From the human T2T-CHM13v2.0 reference genome, Homo sapiens, in NCBI RefSeq assembly GCF_009914755.1, contig NC_060931.1: a stretch of DNA of 64,000 nt. One strand, 5' to 3'. The notes under the pieces are model-generated. The model was not told where the DNA came from and ran no database searches. It was given only the letters and a program-made list of their open reading frames with translations. The translations under genes and the position numbers were made by a program. The first letter of the stretch is position 1. Every line of letters starts with the position of its first letter. Positions 26,372 to 43,955 of this stretch are shown in pieces.

Positions 26372-26686
26372 TGTCTCAGTTCAGTAAGGTTGCTATAGCT
26401 AAATACCATAATCTGGGTGGATTATAAACAGCAGAAATTTATTTCTCAGAATTCTGGAGGTTGAGAAGTCGACAATCAAGGCACTGGCAAATTTGGAGTC
26501 TGCTGAGGGCCGCCTTCTTGGTTCATAGATGGCACCCTCTCACTGTGTACACACATGGAAGAATTGGCAAGGCAGCTCTCTGGGGCCTCTTCTATAAAGG
26601 CACTAATCCGTCCCCATAATACCATCACATTAGTCATTGAATTTTAATGTATGACTTTTGAAAAGACACAAACATTAAAATTGACA
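26372..26686 (-). mobile_element. MLT1A-type solo LTR with a small internal deletion
   Basis: tgtctcagtt...agaaatttatttctca...ttctggagg...gacacaaacatt...ca; 5-bp TSD gttat. Confidence 0.9.
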
Positions 26687-29600
26687 GTTATTGATTCATT
26701 ATTATTTTCTACTTCTTTTCATATCTAACATAAACCGAACTTATTTTAAAGCAGTTACTATGATCTTAAGTATTCTAGTTTTATATTCCTTCAAGAATTT
26801 GGTCCCACAGAATACTATAATCAAATATCATCAATCTTCCTTAAGCCTAAGATAGAATGTTGGATCACATTTGACTGGAATCAAGGTATCCATTAAAATT
26901 CTGGAAAGACCTTCAAAAGATGTCACATGGAAGCATTAATCAGGTTCCTTAAAAACTCACAGAAGCAATCAATTTAAACTATTGGCATGAAGGGAATACC
27001 TAAAGACACATTTAAATTTCTATAGGAGAAAATGGTTAAAATTAATTCATCAGATATGAGGGGGTTGGAAAATTGGATATGTAAAAGTGAAGTTGGATAT
27101 CATGCTTAATATTCTATTAACTTGAAAATTAATTCAAAGACCAGAACGGACTTGACCTCTCTATATATAATGCAAAGTTAACAGTATAAATAGAACCCAA
27201 GAGTGATGAAATAAATTCATTACTCAGAACTGGGCAGTAGCAGAGCCTCACAAATTTGGTGCAAGTTTTATTAATGATTGTAAACAAAATGCTTATGTGT
27301 GTGCATGTGTACGTCTGTGTATGTGTATTTATATGAAGAAATATATATGTTTCCATCAGCTTAAAGGGATAGAATATTATGAGAGGGAGATAAAGACAGG
27401 GAAATGAGACAATGATGAACATAACATATAAAGTTATGTCAGTGAAGACTCCTGGTTTTTATATTCTAGCAGTTTATAGAAGAGAAAAATGCAAAGAGTG
27501 CTGTGCATAATTTGACTTCTGAAGTTATTAGTTCTGCAGGAAACATCCATCTCAAAATTTTGACATGGAAAAGGGAAAATAGATCCAAGTTCCATATTAC
27601 TAAAAGTACTAATATTCCAAGTTTTACTGAACAACACATGATGTCACTGGGCTATAATCTAGGAAATAGCATACTAAAGAATCTATGATAATAATAATAG
27701 TAATAATTCAAATATGCTAAGCATGTAATGGTGGTAACCTTGAGTAAAAAATTTATGGGCTCTTGCCTTATATAGAGTGCCTAAATTTAAGCAAAGTGTA
27801 CTGGTGTTGACACATTGAACCCCTTCCAAGCCAGCATTTCTGAAATTAGGGAGTTAGAATACAATACAATCAAGTATCAAAAATACAAAGATAACACAGT
27901 TTAAATTTTTTATTTTAAATTTACGAAATACTTAGTAAATTTGAATTCATGACTCATCAATTCTTGAATTCCTCCTCAAAAATTAAATGTGTTTTACCGT
28001 TGAGTGAAATAGAGGAGAGGAAATAAAATTGTTTAATTATGTACAAAATGATGTATTGGGCTTTGTGTAGTTTCCTGCCTACCAATGACAATATTAACAA
28101 TGAAAGTAAAACAAGATATGAATCCAAGAGCAAGTTTATGATTGTAAACTAACTGTATTCAGAAGATACTTCACTGGTCCCAAAGGGTGAATACAAGCTC
28201 ATTTAAAGTCAGCTTAGCTAGCAACTTGTCTTCATGGTATATAATAAGATTTCCAGTACCCTGGATAAGAATAAGGAGCTACAAACTTAAATCATACTAC
28301 ATGACACTTCAAAAGGTTTTTTTATCTCACCTAATTTAAGATTCATAACTAAAGCCAGGCTATGATTTTATTCTGACATTTCATCTGCTTAGCATAAGGA
28401 AGAGTCATCATGACCTCAGAATCTGAGCCAGCCACAGTCATTCAACAATCTAATTTTATACTCAGTGGACTGGAATATTTTCCATCATTCTGGAAGTGTT
28501 CTGCTTCATCTAGGAAACACTGGTTCTTACATTTTATCTTCTAAATTAGTTAATGGAGTAGTAGTGATCATGCAGAGTAAGATTAAGTGCATTTGTTTTA
28601 AAATGTAGATATTGAAAATCTTGTTAATGAGAATAACTCTTTTTAGATATTGTGCCAGCTGTTTGGTAACAACTGTTCTCTAGTGCAATTTATACTGAGA
28701 TATTTGCTTCTTGAAGTTTTTCTGATTAAGTGAATCAGAAGTACTTAGGGTACAATTTATACTTTTCTAGTTCCAGATTGATCTGCTACCCAGATTGAAT
28801 TAGAGTTGACTATTAAAAATTTTCATTTTCATGTTTTTTCAAGCACTTTTGTATGTAACGTTCCCTCTCTGTAACTTTGTTTTAATCTAATCCAATTACA
28901 ATCAGCATGTATAAACTGGTGAAACAGGAATAACCTGTAACTTTCAAAAATAATTACTATATATTGAGGTTCTGGCTCTTCTGCAGGTAGATGACTAATC
29001 TATCTTTGAACAGAGTGATTAATCCTGATAAAATCTAGATAAAAACTGAGGCCTAATCATGATAACTAAAACACTAGCATACTTTAAATAAGGGCTTGGG
29101 GAAAGAGATGAAAATAATAAAGGCTACAGTCAATGAGATTTCTGTTGGGAAGCAGAGTGGGAGAAATACTTCATTAAATGAAAATTCTGCTAACAATTAC
29201 ATAGATCTGCCTTCCACAGATCCCCAGAGCAGGGTGCTATGGCTGAAGCAGAAACCCAAGAAAGGTGGGGAATATCCATCCAACCAATCATCTGCTCCTT
29301 TCCCCCTCACAACAGCCTCAGAAATAGCTCCAGATAATTCAGTGGGTTACAGAATTGAAAAACTTCACATATTTTTAATATTCTGTAAGCTGATCTGCAG
29401 TAGATTTTTCTAATATTGTTTTTAATATTATGCCTCTCAGCAGTGCTTTAAGAAATGTCTCTTAAAGAGGATGAGGTCAAAGACAGTTATGGCATTTACT
29501 AATACTATTTAAAAAGTCACATCCATAGAGTATGTGAACCATGAAATAAAATAGTATTCTATAGGTAGACATATTAATACTTTAGTATTCATAGTGGAGG

Positions 29601-30019
29601 TGGACTGAAGCATGCTATTTCTGAGGTTACAGGTATAAAAAGACACAAAACCTCACAGACATGCACTGAGCAAGATTAATATTTCTTCAAATGTAATTTA
29701 CAGGAAACTGATCGTCCCCAAGGACATCACAAGTTGTCTGCCAGCCCAGGTTTCTCTACTGAATTAGTTTATATTATTTAATTTGTTTCTATCTTTCTTA
29801 ATTCCAAAAGTGATTTGTACTTGAAATACCTACAAGAGAAATAATTGAGTACATGAGAAAATTAGAGCTAAGATCCAAAATATGCAAAATGGAATACATT
29901 CACGGAGACGCTATGACTTGAAATAATCATTGAGATTTTCTACTACTAGTAGAATTGACATAAAAATTACAATGAGTTTGCAAATGTCTAACATGCAGAC
30001 AGAAAAATAATTATGTTAA

Positions 30020-30706
<687 letters not shown>

Positions 30707-31644
30707 TTAAACAAATAATTGAGTTAGAAGCAGCTTAGAAAAAATATAGCTATTTCTGGAACTAAGATCAGCGTGAACTTCTCTCTGTGTGTTAACAGAA
30801 GACAATGAAACACAGTGAACAATATCTTCAACAACATCTTTTTACATGGTCAAAAAATAATATTTAAGTATAGTTAAGTGAAAGGAAGTTTAAAGGAAGT
30901 ATGTCATCCAAGTAGACATCTTGGAGGGTTGTGCTCTGGATAACTTTCTTCTCAAATTATTTGAGTTATTATGATGGAAACTTCTTCCTTTTGGGGATTT
31001 CTGGGAAAAATATTTCTGGCTCTCCTTTGACTATGCAAGGAAGGATTTTTCTGATCAGTGGAATGACAAGGATCTCACAGCTATTGATACTCTTTCCTCT
31101 GTTATTAAAGTTAGAGGTGCTGAAGGTGACTGTCTCAGTATAGTTTTCTCTTTTTCACTTCAAGGCTAAGCTTACAGAAACATAGCAGTCTTCAATGATT
31201 CTAGGTACCATAAAATAAACACATCTGTGTCCAGGCCAGGGTCTGCCTTTTAGAAGCAAGTTTGAATTAAAGCCTACTTTATCAGCACTTTGAGGACAAA
31301 ATGAATATAAAACAGTGCTTTTTCTTGGGCTGCTTGAGAAAATGTCCAAACTGCAGACCAAATCTCTGTGCATCGATCTCAGATGTGGATTTTCTAAAAA
31401 GTAGCACAAATGTTTATTTTTGCTGCAAACACAATATTTTAAAATCTAGTTTTCCCAGAAAGAAAAACTAGTATTTTGAAATCAATCGACAATTTGTGTC
31501 TATACTTCAAGCCTTAAAGAGTCTGTAGTAGCAAGGATACAGTTTTACCCCCAACTCACACACAGTCTTTTATTGGGATAAACTTTGGAATATATAGAAG
31601 AATAGATGAAATACATGACACTCAAGAAGGTCTAGACTTGCATT

Positions 31645-31838
31645 TTGGTGAGTTTCTCAATTATTGTGGTATTTAGATATTCCCGGAAAAATAGTCGAAA
31701 TGCATGTTTCCCAATTCTAATCACAGAAACCAAAATCAAACGGATCTAGGGTGGAATCCAGTAATGTGTATCTTTTACAAAAACAACAAAATATGTTGAT
31801 CCAGATATTCATGTATCTTCTTTAAGAGACACTATTAT
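31645..31838. mobile_element. MER5-like hAT fragment
   Basis: tttctcaa...ctagggtggaatccagtaatgtgtatcttttacaa...tttaagagacact. Confidence 0.45.
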
Positions 31839-32381
31839 CAGTATGGAAGCAAAATAGAAAATATTCCAATCAACTGTTTGTTAAATATTATGCATCTTGA
31901 AGTCTAAAATTGTACTCCCCAATAGCTATGCCAAAAATAACCAATACCCCAGCCACCGTGGATTTAAACAATGTTAATACCTGATCCCAAACTGATTGTT
32001 GCTTCTATTATGGATTGAAATAATAAAATAAGGGTAAAAGGAAATATTAATATTATTTTCTTAGTAATTTAAATATAGAAAACATAAAGAGTAGTTACCA
32101 ATATATTCAAAAGCCAAAAAGTCATAATATTGATAAACGCTAGAGAGGCATAATGTACTATCTTTCAATTAAGTTTTGAAAAAAAAAATGAGAAAATATA
32201 AATACTGCTATAAAACTGGAAAGAAAAGATATTAGAGCAGAGAATAAACCAGTTGGTACAGGTGGTAATAGGATGGAAAAATAGCCATGGAGCAATGAAG
32301 TCATTTTTACATATTCAGGGATGCCAAAGCTACAACAAAAACCCAGCCTATAGTTTTGCTCTTCCTAAATCCTTGTTTTGG

Positions 32382-32386
<5 letters not shown>

Positions 32387-32424
<38 letters not shown>
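32387..32424. repeat. (TG)19 microsatellite
   Basis: Directly visible. Confidence 0.98.
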
Positions 32425-32426
<2 letters not shown>

Positions 32427-33159
32427 CTGATGCCTGTTAATCATTGTAGTAAATTTCCCCTTACTGTGGATACAAAGTATTATGTTTACCCTTTTTCATA
32501 ATGTTAAAACAGAATAGGTTCCTCTGCTAGGCATCATTTCATAGGTTTCTAATCTGAAGGTCATGGACTTTGTTATATTTATTATATTTTATTTCTAGTT
32601 TTCTATAATGTTATATCATATTAAAAAGAAATAATCTTTTAAAAATATTTAGTTATAATTAATGTATTACTCCTATTGAATAAAACACATGATTGTAGTA
32701 CATCAGCTTTAATGAATCACTGCTCCACAACTCCTACTTTCCATGCTTTCTCTAATGTCTACTGTCTGACTTACTGTGAAGCCAGCCCACAGTGAAGTGC
32801 AGTCAATGCAATTTGCAGAATCCAAACAACAGAATAAGAGCAGAGTATAAAAGGTTTAATTTGGTGCTGAAAAGTAATAGTTAAATAATCTTCACTGAGA
32901 AAATTAATTTTTTATATACTTATGTTATATACAGTACTTATGTGCTTATTATTAAAGTGACTAATTTCTGTTTATGTTTTCATCTTAAGAATTTTAGAAT
33001 CACTGTGACAATGGATAATGTATAAATTATCAATGAAATTATGATTCTTGCTAAGAGAATTACCTTCCTGTATGCAGAATGAGACTCTCAAACATAAGAT
33101 ATTTGATAACACTTCAACGTGTAACTTCTTGACTGCTTCATCCTTCCCCTGCTCCAATA

Positions 33160-34950
<1,791 letters not shown>

Positions 34951-35729
34951 TGCACCTACAAATAACTCATCAAAGCAGTGTCTCAAGTGGCTAGTCATTT
35001 CCAAGAGGATTAGGAAGACCCCAGCCATAAGTTACCTGCAGGTCTTTTCCCTCCAGCCCTCTGGCCACCTCCTTCCTCCACAAATGATAGGCCAAGTATA
35101 ACCATTAGTAACCTGCAGCACCTTCTAAACAAACTATGTGAACAGACACAGAAGAATGTCTAACAGAAAATGTCAAATACAAAAAAGAAGGCACATCAAA
35201 AATTCAACAAGAATATGAATAAAGCCAGTAACATAAAAAACTTAGAGCAACAAACCAAAGTAATTACAATTGCATGAAATATAAAGGTCTAACATGAACG
35301 AAGACTTAAATCCAGTCCTCCATATTATAATCCTAAAGTTTCAATTTGGAGTTTTTATGCTAACTCTATGTCATAACTTCCCTGCACTGCTTTTCATTAT
35401 ATTCTTCATTATATGGTTGCTTCTAACTTCCTGAGCAAAGGCAGAAAGTTTGCATGCATTTACTTTGCCTCTCCAGGGGCTTACATAAATTTTGTTTTTA
35501 AGAATAAGTGCTCCGAATTTTAAAATCTGATATAAAAGTAACCTGTGGAATTCAAGTTTAAATTAAGTATAAACAATATAATCATCAAGATTAAAGTTCA
35601 TAAAAAATCCATAAAAGAAAAAATACATAGACATAGGTAAAATTTTTGTAATGGTTGTTGAAATATTGTATAAAATGGTAGTTATGTTGGATTTATTTTC
35701 TTAAAAGAATAGAGCTAAATAGCATATTA

Positions 35730-36213
<484 letters not shown>

Positions 36214-36329
36214 AGAGAATACTCCAAAGCCAAGGAAAGATGTGCATATACAAATTGAAAGAGCCTCTAAGTGGTAAGCAGGAAAAAATAAAATAATTAT
36301 TTAAAAATAAATATGTGTAGTAAAATTAG

Positions 36330-36900
36330 AGGATCAACAAACAAAAATAACAAATCTTTCAGACAAAAAAAAAAGATTTAGAATAAACCACAATCAAACT
36401 TATTTCAGATTTCTCATCAACAATAGAATACAGGAAACAATGAACATTTTCAAAGGAGAAAAAACAGATTCTGTAGCTAAGCAAGGACGAGGCTGAAGCA
36501 CAACTAATTCAAACATGAAACTTCTCAGAGTATATCATCTAAAAGTTTAATGAAAAAATTCCTAGAGTATACACTTCAGTGAGAAGAAAATTTAATTCAA
36601 GAGAGAGAATAAGGTTGCAGGGAAAAAAATGAATGAATAAATCTGTAAAGCTAAATGTTAAGTATAGATATGTATAAATGGGAAAATGTAACAAATCTAG
36701 AAATAAGTTGCCAGACAAAATCAGTGGGGGAAGTAAAGACTGGTGGTAAGAAAGTGACAGACTCTCTTTTTGACCAATTTGACAGAAGATAGCTAAGGGA
36801 ATCAGAAGTATGATTAGATGTTTGTTTCTCTCAGATATATAGATGCTGATTAATTTTACACATATTTGGAAAACGAGTTTAAATATGAGCAATAAATATT
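36330..36900 (+). mobile_element. Ancient L1 ORF1/HAL1-like fragment
   Basis: cagatttctcatcaacaatagaatacaggaaacaatgaacattttcaaag resembles the ORF1 C-terminal region. Confidence 0.5.
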
Positions 36901-37297
36901 GAATGCTAAGAGACTTCTGATTCCTGAAGGCTATCGGGGACAGGAAAAGGTCTCCCCTACTACAGCACAAATAGTCTTGAATTACCACCAGGAACATACT
37001 TTTAAAAGCATTACTTGCCTCATAGAAGAAAATCACCAAAAAGAGGAAAACAAACAAACAAACATAAACTAAAACAAGATCTGTTTAATAAATGCCATTA
37101 ATTTTTTTACCTGGGGCAAAAGTCAACAGGGGTCCTAAGTTCTGGAAACTAAGACTTTAGTCCACACCAAGGTGTGAGCATATGAGAGTGGAAATTTTGA
37201 AGAGGCTACAGTGGTTCTAGATAAGCAGTAAATTTGGCTCCTGGCAAAAGCAAACATAAAAGAAGTCATCTCATCTAAACTCAAAACTAAAAATATG

Positions 37298-37624
37298 GGC
37301 TGGGCGTGGTGGCTCATGCCTATAATCCCAGCATTTTGGGAGGCCGAGGCAGGCAGATCACTTGAGGTCAAGATTTCAAGACCAGCCAGGCCAATATGGT
37401 GAAACTCAAAATTTTTGTAAAATACAAATACAAAAAAAAATTTTGTAAAAATACAAAAATTAGCTAGATGTGGTGGTGGGAACCTGTAGTCCCAGCTGCA
37501 CTGGAGGTTGAGACAGAATTGCTGAAGCATGGGAGGTGGAGGTTGCAGTGAGCTGAGATGGCACCACTGCACTCCAGCCTGAGTGACACAGCAAGACTCT
37601 GTCTCAAAAAAAAAAAAAAAAACT
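37298..37624 (+). mobile_element. Alu, AluSz/Sx-like, with a rearranged middle A-rich linker
   Basis: Full dimer; TSD aaactaaaaatat at 37284-37296 and 37625-37637. Confidence 0.95.
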
Positions 37625-38238
37625 AAACTAAAAATATTTATTTTCAACTCAAAACTTACTTAGTCAGCCAAAAATGAAAAAAAAATAAAAAATAAAAATA
37701 AAAAATCTCCGCAGCCACTGCAATGACATTTGACAGGAGGGAAAGTCTGAAAAAGTGGAAGCTGGCCTAGAAAGAGATCGTGACTAAGGATCACATAGTT
37801 TCTACTTGAATGGGTGACAGAAAGACTGATCAGGAAAACATTGCTGGAACTCTTGTTTACAGAAAAGATATTTTTTTCTGCAGAGGCCCAGCCAAGCTAG
37901 GGGCCCTAAAGAGTAAGTTTCTCTCACTCCATGCCCTGTCCTCATTCCTGCTCTCCACATCTACCTTCCATCCATATACTCTTGAAGTAGCCCTAAGAGA
38001 AGCAGTGTAGCAACGGCACTGAAAGGATACCAGGCACATTAACCATTCATTTGTCAAAATATGTAAGAAAATACCACAGTGTAGATGACCCCTGTTTTAA
38101 TTTATTGTCTATGACTTATAACCACTTTGACTTCTGAAACAAAGTAGCAAGACCAGGCCAGAAAGAAGGAAGAAACTAACTCAAATAGAGATGCATCACA
38201 AATGCATCTAAAAAAGGATGGCAGCCTACTGACTATAA

Positions 38239-38634
<396 letters not shown>

Positions 38635-38989
38635 TGAATGACCCAAGTTCAGATAAGAACATAATAGAATAGAATAATACCTACCTAGACTAGGAAAAAA
38701 GAAAATACTTAGGATCTAACGTTCATCTATGTACTGATTTTCTTAGACAAGAAATTTAACCTGTTTTTGCTTTTTCTTTTTATCAAAGAAAAAAATGAAA
38801 ATCTTAATGAAGAAAACACTAGGAAATCAAATTGGTAGAAAAGTGAAAAAAAATCTCTAATACAAATACACAGAAAACTACCCCAGTATTAAAAATCTCA
38901 TGAACACACACATACATACATATGCTGCTTGTTTAATAATGATGGTGAAAAAGATTGCAGAGGAAAGGAAGTATATTACAAACTGAAAC

Positions 38990-39900
38990 AATACTACAGC
39001 TTATCTAATGAAATAAATTATAAATAGCAAAGAAGATTAGTCATTGCTGAAATCTGTACTGTTACTTTAAACACTGAGGTAAAGGACAAAGAGATTAAAG
39101 TGATAAGAATGAGATAATAGGTACAAAGAGACTGATGATCCAACAGAAGCTTCCTAAAATGGAGAATGCATCAACTGAACCTGAAAAATGTATTCAGAGA
39201 AATGATACAGCAAAATTTCCTGTAATGAAAACTGGCATCAGTAGATTAAAATATGCCAATTATAGCAAAATGAGTTAAAAGATAAAATCAACTTTGAGTT
39301 ACATGCTGACTGTTAAAAAGGTCAAATATTTTTAAAGTATACTTCATCTAGATAGAAAAAGAAAGTCACCTGAAAAGAGAAAATCGGGCTGGACTAAGAC
39401 ATTCACAAAATCAGAAACTGTTCAGTAAAATGTTAAAAGTATTGAGGCAATATCATTACCAAGAAAATTATATTCAACCTAATTTTCACTCAAATATAAA
39501 AAAAGAAAGATGTTTTCAAATATGAAAAAACTCAAAGACACCTTCATGAGCCTTTTTTTTTAAAATCAAAAACTACTTATTTAAACTTTGCTAACCAAAA
39601 GAGAGTCAAAACATATAATTGAGAAGTGGAGAAGCCATTTAGAAGGGCTGGTGGTATTTACTGAAGTCATATAAATATGACATTAAGATTTGAAACCAGG
39701 AGAATTATAGTTGCAGACTACAGTAAGTGTAGTTGCAGAAATGTAAGTGTTACAAGGTAACCAGATAAAAATATTTCCTAAATATTTAGGGAGGAACAAA
39801 TTGGATTGAGGTTTATAGTGCCACAACTTTATCTTTCACAGATGGTAGTTAATTAATAATAAATTAATTATTATAAAATAGACACAGAATGGAATTGATA
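38990..39900 (+). mobile_element. HAL1/L1ME ORF1-like fragment
   Basis: ttcagagaaatgatacagcaaaatttcctg; aagtcacctgaaaagagaaaatcgggctgg; ttttcaaatatgaaaaaactcaaaga. Confidence 0.6.
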
Positions 39901-39913
39901 TAAAATAGAAATA

Positions 39914-39980
39914 TTAAGGTTGGTACAAAAGTAATTGTGGTTTAATGGCAAAAACCACAATTACTTTTGCACCAATTTAA
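39914..39980. mobile_element. MADE1 MITE, internally shortened
   Basis: Inverted repeats ttaaggttggtacaaaagtaattgtggttt / aaaccacaattacttttgcaccaatttaa, flanked by TA on both sides. Confidence 0.93.
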
Positions 39981-40074
39981 TAATAATAGTTACTATAAGA
40001 TAGAAATTGAATTTCAAATAAACAAATGACTTTAACATTTCCAATACCCACTGAAACTCTGACTATGTTGTCTG

Positions 40075-41030
40075 TGCTCACTTTCTGTATTTCGCTGTTG
40101 AACCTGATACAGTCAGTTCTTCACTGCTTCTACTCCATGGAAACTGGTCTTTTTAATATGACCAATGAATGCTATGTTGTCACAGCCAATGGTCGTTTCT
40201 CAGCCCACATCTGCACATTTCCTTTATCTGTCCCATTTGTCATTTTGATTATTCCATTCTCCTGGCAAGACCTACTTTCCTTGTTTAGGACTTCATAAAA
40301 TGTATCCCAATTTTCCTTTGATACCATGGCTTGCACCCTTTTAATATTTCAATTAATTGTTCTCAGGCTAGCAGCTGTAAATATTGTAGTGCTCTTACAT
40401 TTATGTTCTGGATTTCTCTGTCTGTAATGACTTCTTTGGTGATCACATGTAATTTCTTCAATACATGAAATGAATTGATAGCACTTATATGCTGTCAATT
40501 CCTAAACTTTACATCTAGCCTCTCCCTGAACTCTAGCTCAAATATCTAACAACTTCTTTGACATCTAAATTTTAATGTCTGATGAACACCCCAAATTTAT
40601 ATCTAAAGTGGAACTCTTGATACCCAGCCCCATCCCCACCATTTAATGACCTGCTAAGCATCCCTTCTTCCCAATATTGGTAAATAGTAACATTATTTTC
40701 CTTCTTGGCTCCTTTCTGTCGCATCTCATCTGCAATTACTCAGCTAATCCTATTGGCTTCACCTTCAAAATTTGTCCATTTTCACTGTAGTTTGGTACAA
40801 ATGTATCATTTCAATAGAGTACATACTGGCCTCCCTGCTTTTGTGTTTGTTCCTACAATCTACTCTTGGCAGAGCATCTAGAATAAGACTATTAAAAATT
40901 AATTCAGATTATTCACTCTTTTGTTAAAAACTCACTAAGATATCCCTGCCTGTCTCATAAAAAGGGATAAATAATAACATTAATAATAACAATAATGGTT
41001 TTCAGTGCTTTCTACAATCTGATCTCTATT
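40075..41030 (+). mobile_element. L2 (L2a-type) RT-region fragment
   Basis: ORF 40026 has NLIQSVLHCFYSMETGLFNMTNECYVVTANGRFS, matching the L2/CR1 RT motif QSGF..HSTETAL..VTND; downstream cctctccctgaactctagctc, caccttcaaaat, ggcctccctgctt. Confidence 0.85.
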
Positions 41031-41587
41031 ACATGTTTAGATTATATGCAATAATAATCTTTGATCACCTAGGCTGAAAAGTTTATTGAAGGCAAGATTT
41101 TGAAGGACCAGTAAGACATCATAATAAAATATACGATAATGAGTAATACAAGAAAGTCTTGGTGGATTGTTTCTAAACAGGTCAAAAATTTTAGAGAATG
41201 AACTATAAACTTGAATTTCAAAAATTCCCAGCACAAAATCTAACCAGGATATGAGAAATTTATCTTACTACAGTAAAGTTATCAATTATAGCCATAATAT
41301 TTAATCTATAATTACCAAACTATACCAATAGCTGAATTCAAAGCCTTGACTAGACTCATGTTTGGAAAAAGGGGGGCCTGTTCATTTAACGGAAGACATA
41401 ATAGAGGAATCAAGACCTTCCTTGGAAAGATAAAAATATCTCCTATTTTTTGAGGCTTTTGATATCTTCCTTGAAGTTCTTGTGATAATGTCACTAAGGC
41501 ACTTTATTGGCAAAGGAAAGCAAATTTTTTCATTACTTATTTCAAAACACCCTCAAGTCTTGTAAGGTTAGAGTCTAGGATGTCTCA

Positions 41588-41917
<330 letters not shown>

Positions 41918-42176
41918 ATTTAAACCCACAAAAGTACAAACTCAAATCTCAAAATTTTGAGAATTTATACTGGGAACAACCTGAGGAATATGTGGGGATA
42001 GATTCTAAGATGACAGAGCAGAAGGCTAAGTTCAACAATTTGGACACACTTATCAGGGATTCAGAATTCAAAAAGCTGTGTGATATAATATAATTTTGGA
42101 GTTTGTTAGTTGGATAATAATATACTCAAGCAGTTGCCTGAACTAAAAGAAGTGGAATTCTGCAAATTTCTTGGTA

Positions 42177-42648
42177 TGTCAGGTATACTTTCTGAGGATG
42201 TCCAAACCAATATATTCCATCTCACATGTCCTCTTATAATATGATTTTGACACTCTTCCACCAAGAGGTGTAGGGCTATGGTCTCTCTCCTTGAAATTCA
42301 GACAGGCCTGTGACTATGTCAGAAGTAACAGCTCACAAACTATTCCTCACAGGATATTCACCCTTGGAATCAAGACACCATACTGTGAGTATGCCAAGCA
42401 GCCACATGGAAAGGCCAATAGAGCTGTTCCAAGCACAGCCTCAGCTAGGTCCCAGGAGATGACCAGCATCAAGCACCAGACAAGTGAGTAAGCAAAATGT
42501 CAGATAATTCCAGATCACTGTAGCTGACACTGAGTATAGCAGAGCCCTGTACATTTTTGCCTCTTCATGAACAAAATATAAATTGTCATTGTTTTAAGAT
42601 ACTTAGTTTTGGTATGGCTTATTTCTCAGCAGTGGATTATCAGAACCT
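42177..42648 (+). mobile_element. MLT1G/H-type MaLR LTR inserted in ERVL gag
   Basis: ttttgacactcttccaccaagaggtg...cagccacatggaaaggcc...ttgttttaag...cagaac; TSD tggta at 42172-42176 and 42650-42654. Confidence 0.75.
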
Positions 42649-42658
42649 TTGGTATAAC

Positions 42659-43188
42659 GTGCCATTCGTTGGTCTATTTGAGCTTAGATCTATTTCTCAC
42701 CTATTTCCTGCTCTGTACTGCATTGCAGTGGGTATGAGTCCTACAAGCTTTATTTCCAGGCTCTGCAAGTTGGCTTGCCATTTAGCTCAGTTAACAAGAG
42801 GAACTAGAGGCAATTTGGAAGGTGGGAGGGACAAGCCAGAATATTTAGTTTACACATTCTCTGTTTTTCACACAGAGTACTTCAATGACTGTCATCTTGT
42901 CCACATCCCCAGCTTTCACAAGACAGGTCTGCTGTGATTTCAGCTTCTTCTAGTTGACTCTATGATGCTTGGCTTCTAGCAAATCTGCTTCCTTCCTTTG
43001 TCCATCCATGCTGATGGATGGTAACAGCAATAGCAAGAAGCTGGATTTTTCTCATCATTCGTTACAGTATGTGGATTCTCAGATATTCCACCACCTATTT
43101 AACAAATTCCATGTATTACATTATTTATGTTTTAAATACTGTAATAAGCCTATCTTTTGTTTCCTTGGTTGGACCCTACCTGAGTACA
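42659..43188. mobile_element. LTR33-family (ERVL) LTR
   Basis: gaggcaatttggaaggtgggaggga...gtttccttggttggaccctacctgagtaca end resembles LTR33; opposite orientation to the copy at 48068. Confidence 0.6.
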
Positions 43189-43955
43189 AATTTAGCTAAA
43201 GGAACCCAGATACATAGAGGACAAGGACATTTGGAGTTCATCCATCATGTGTGAACTTCTTATCCATCTCCTAACCAAGGTGGGAGGGAGCATCATTGAT
43301 CAACTGAATTTTGGCTAGATTGCTGCTCATACATGACTCAGCTGGCCCTTAGTATTTTGATTATTTCTCCAATTCTTTAGTGTGTATTTGGAATAAATTC
43401 ATTCAACATCTCTGAATATCTGGAGCTAGGTTTGTATGAGAAGGCAAGTAGAAGTCTTGGCTCTCCCACCACTGCTCAAAATAGTAAATCTAAAAGAACA
43501 TTTCATCCTAGTGGAAAATTCCAGGGTGATGCTGTCACATTCCCCTTTAGATTGACTGTTTGGCTCATACTAAAGAGAGCTGCTAATGTAAATGTGGCCT
43601 TTTAACTTGAGTAAATTATATAACTGCTGGACCCTGTTATGCATCTACTGATCTAGCAAATTATTTGTATTCCAATAAAGAGAATACTAGAAACAGTTGG
43701 CTTTTACCAAGTAGTGACAGCAATAAGCCATCTCCTTCTTATCTATAATTTACATAAATGCCTCTGCTCTTTACCATGTAGTCATCCAAAATCCAAAGAG
43801 TTCTTAATCACATTAGCATAGCCACTGAACATCAAAATTACACACTATTTCGATGATGTAATGCTAATATGTTCTCAAAAGTAAGACACAGAAGATATTC
43901 AAATGTCTTAGTATGGCACGTGGGTGTCAGTTATGGGACATAAATCTCATGAAAT

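Noticed and set aside
29096-29413. 105-aa ORF with protein-like composition
   Set aside because: TTG start, no recognisable domain and no convincing splice sites; part may be an old DNA-transposon remnant.
30931-31170. Stretch with several simultaneously open frames (e.g. KDFSDQWNDKDLTAIDTL)
   Set aside because: Bounded by stops, no good splice-site pair and no recognised homology.
36539-37057. Longest ORF in the track (172 aa, minus strand)
   Set aside because: Leu/Phe/Ile-rich antisense reading of A-rich L1-like DNA, a compositional artefact.
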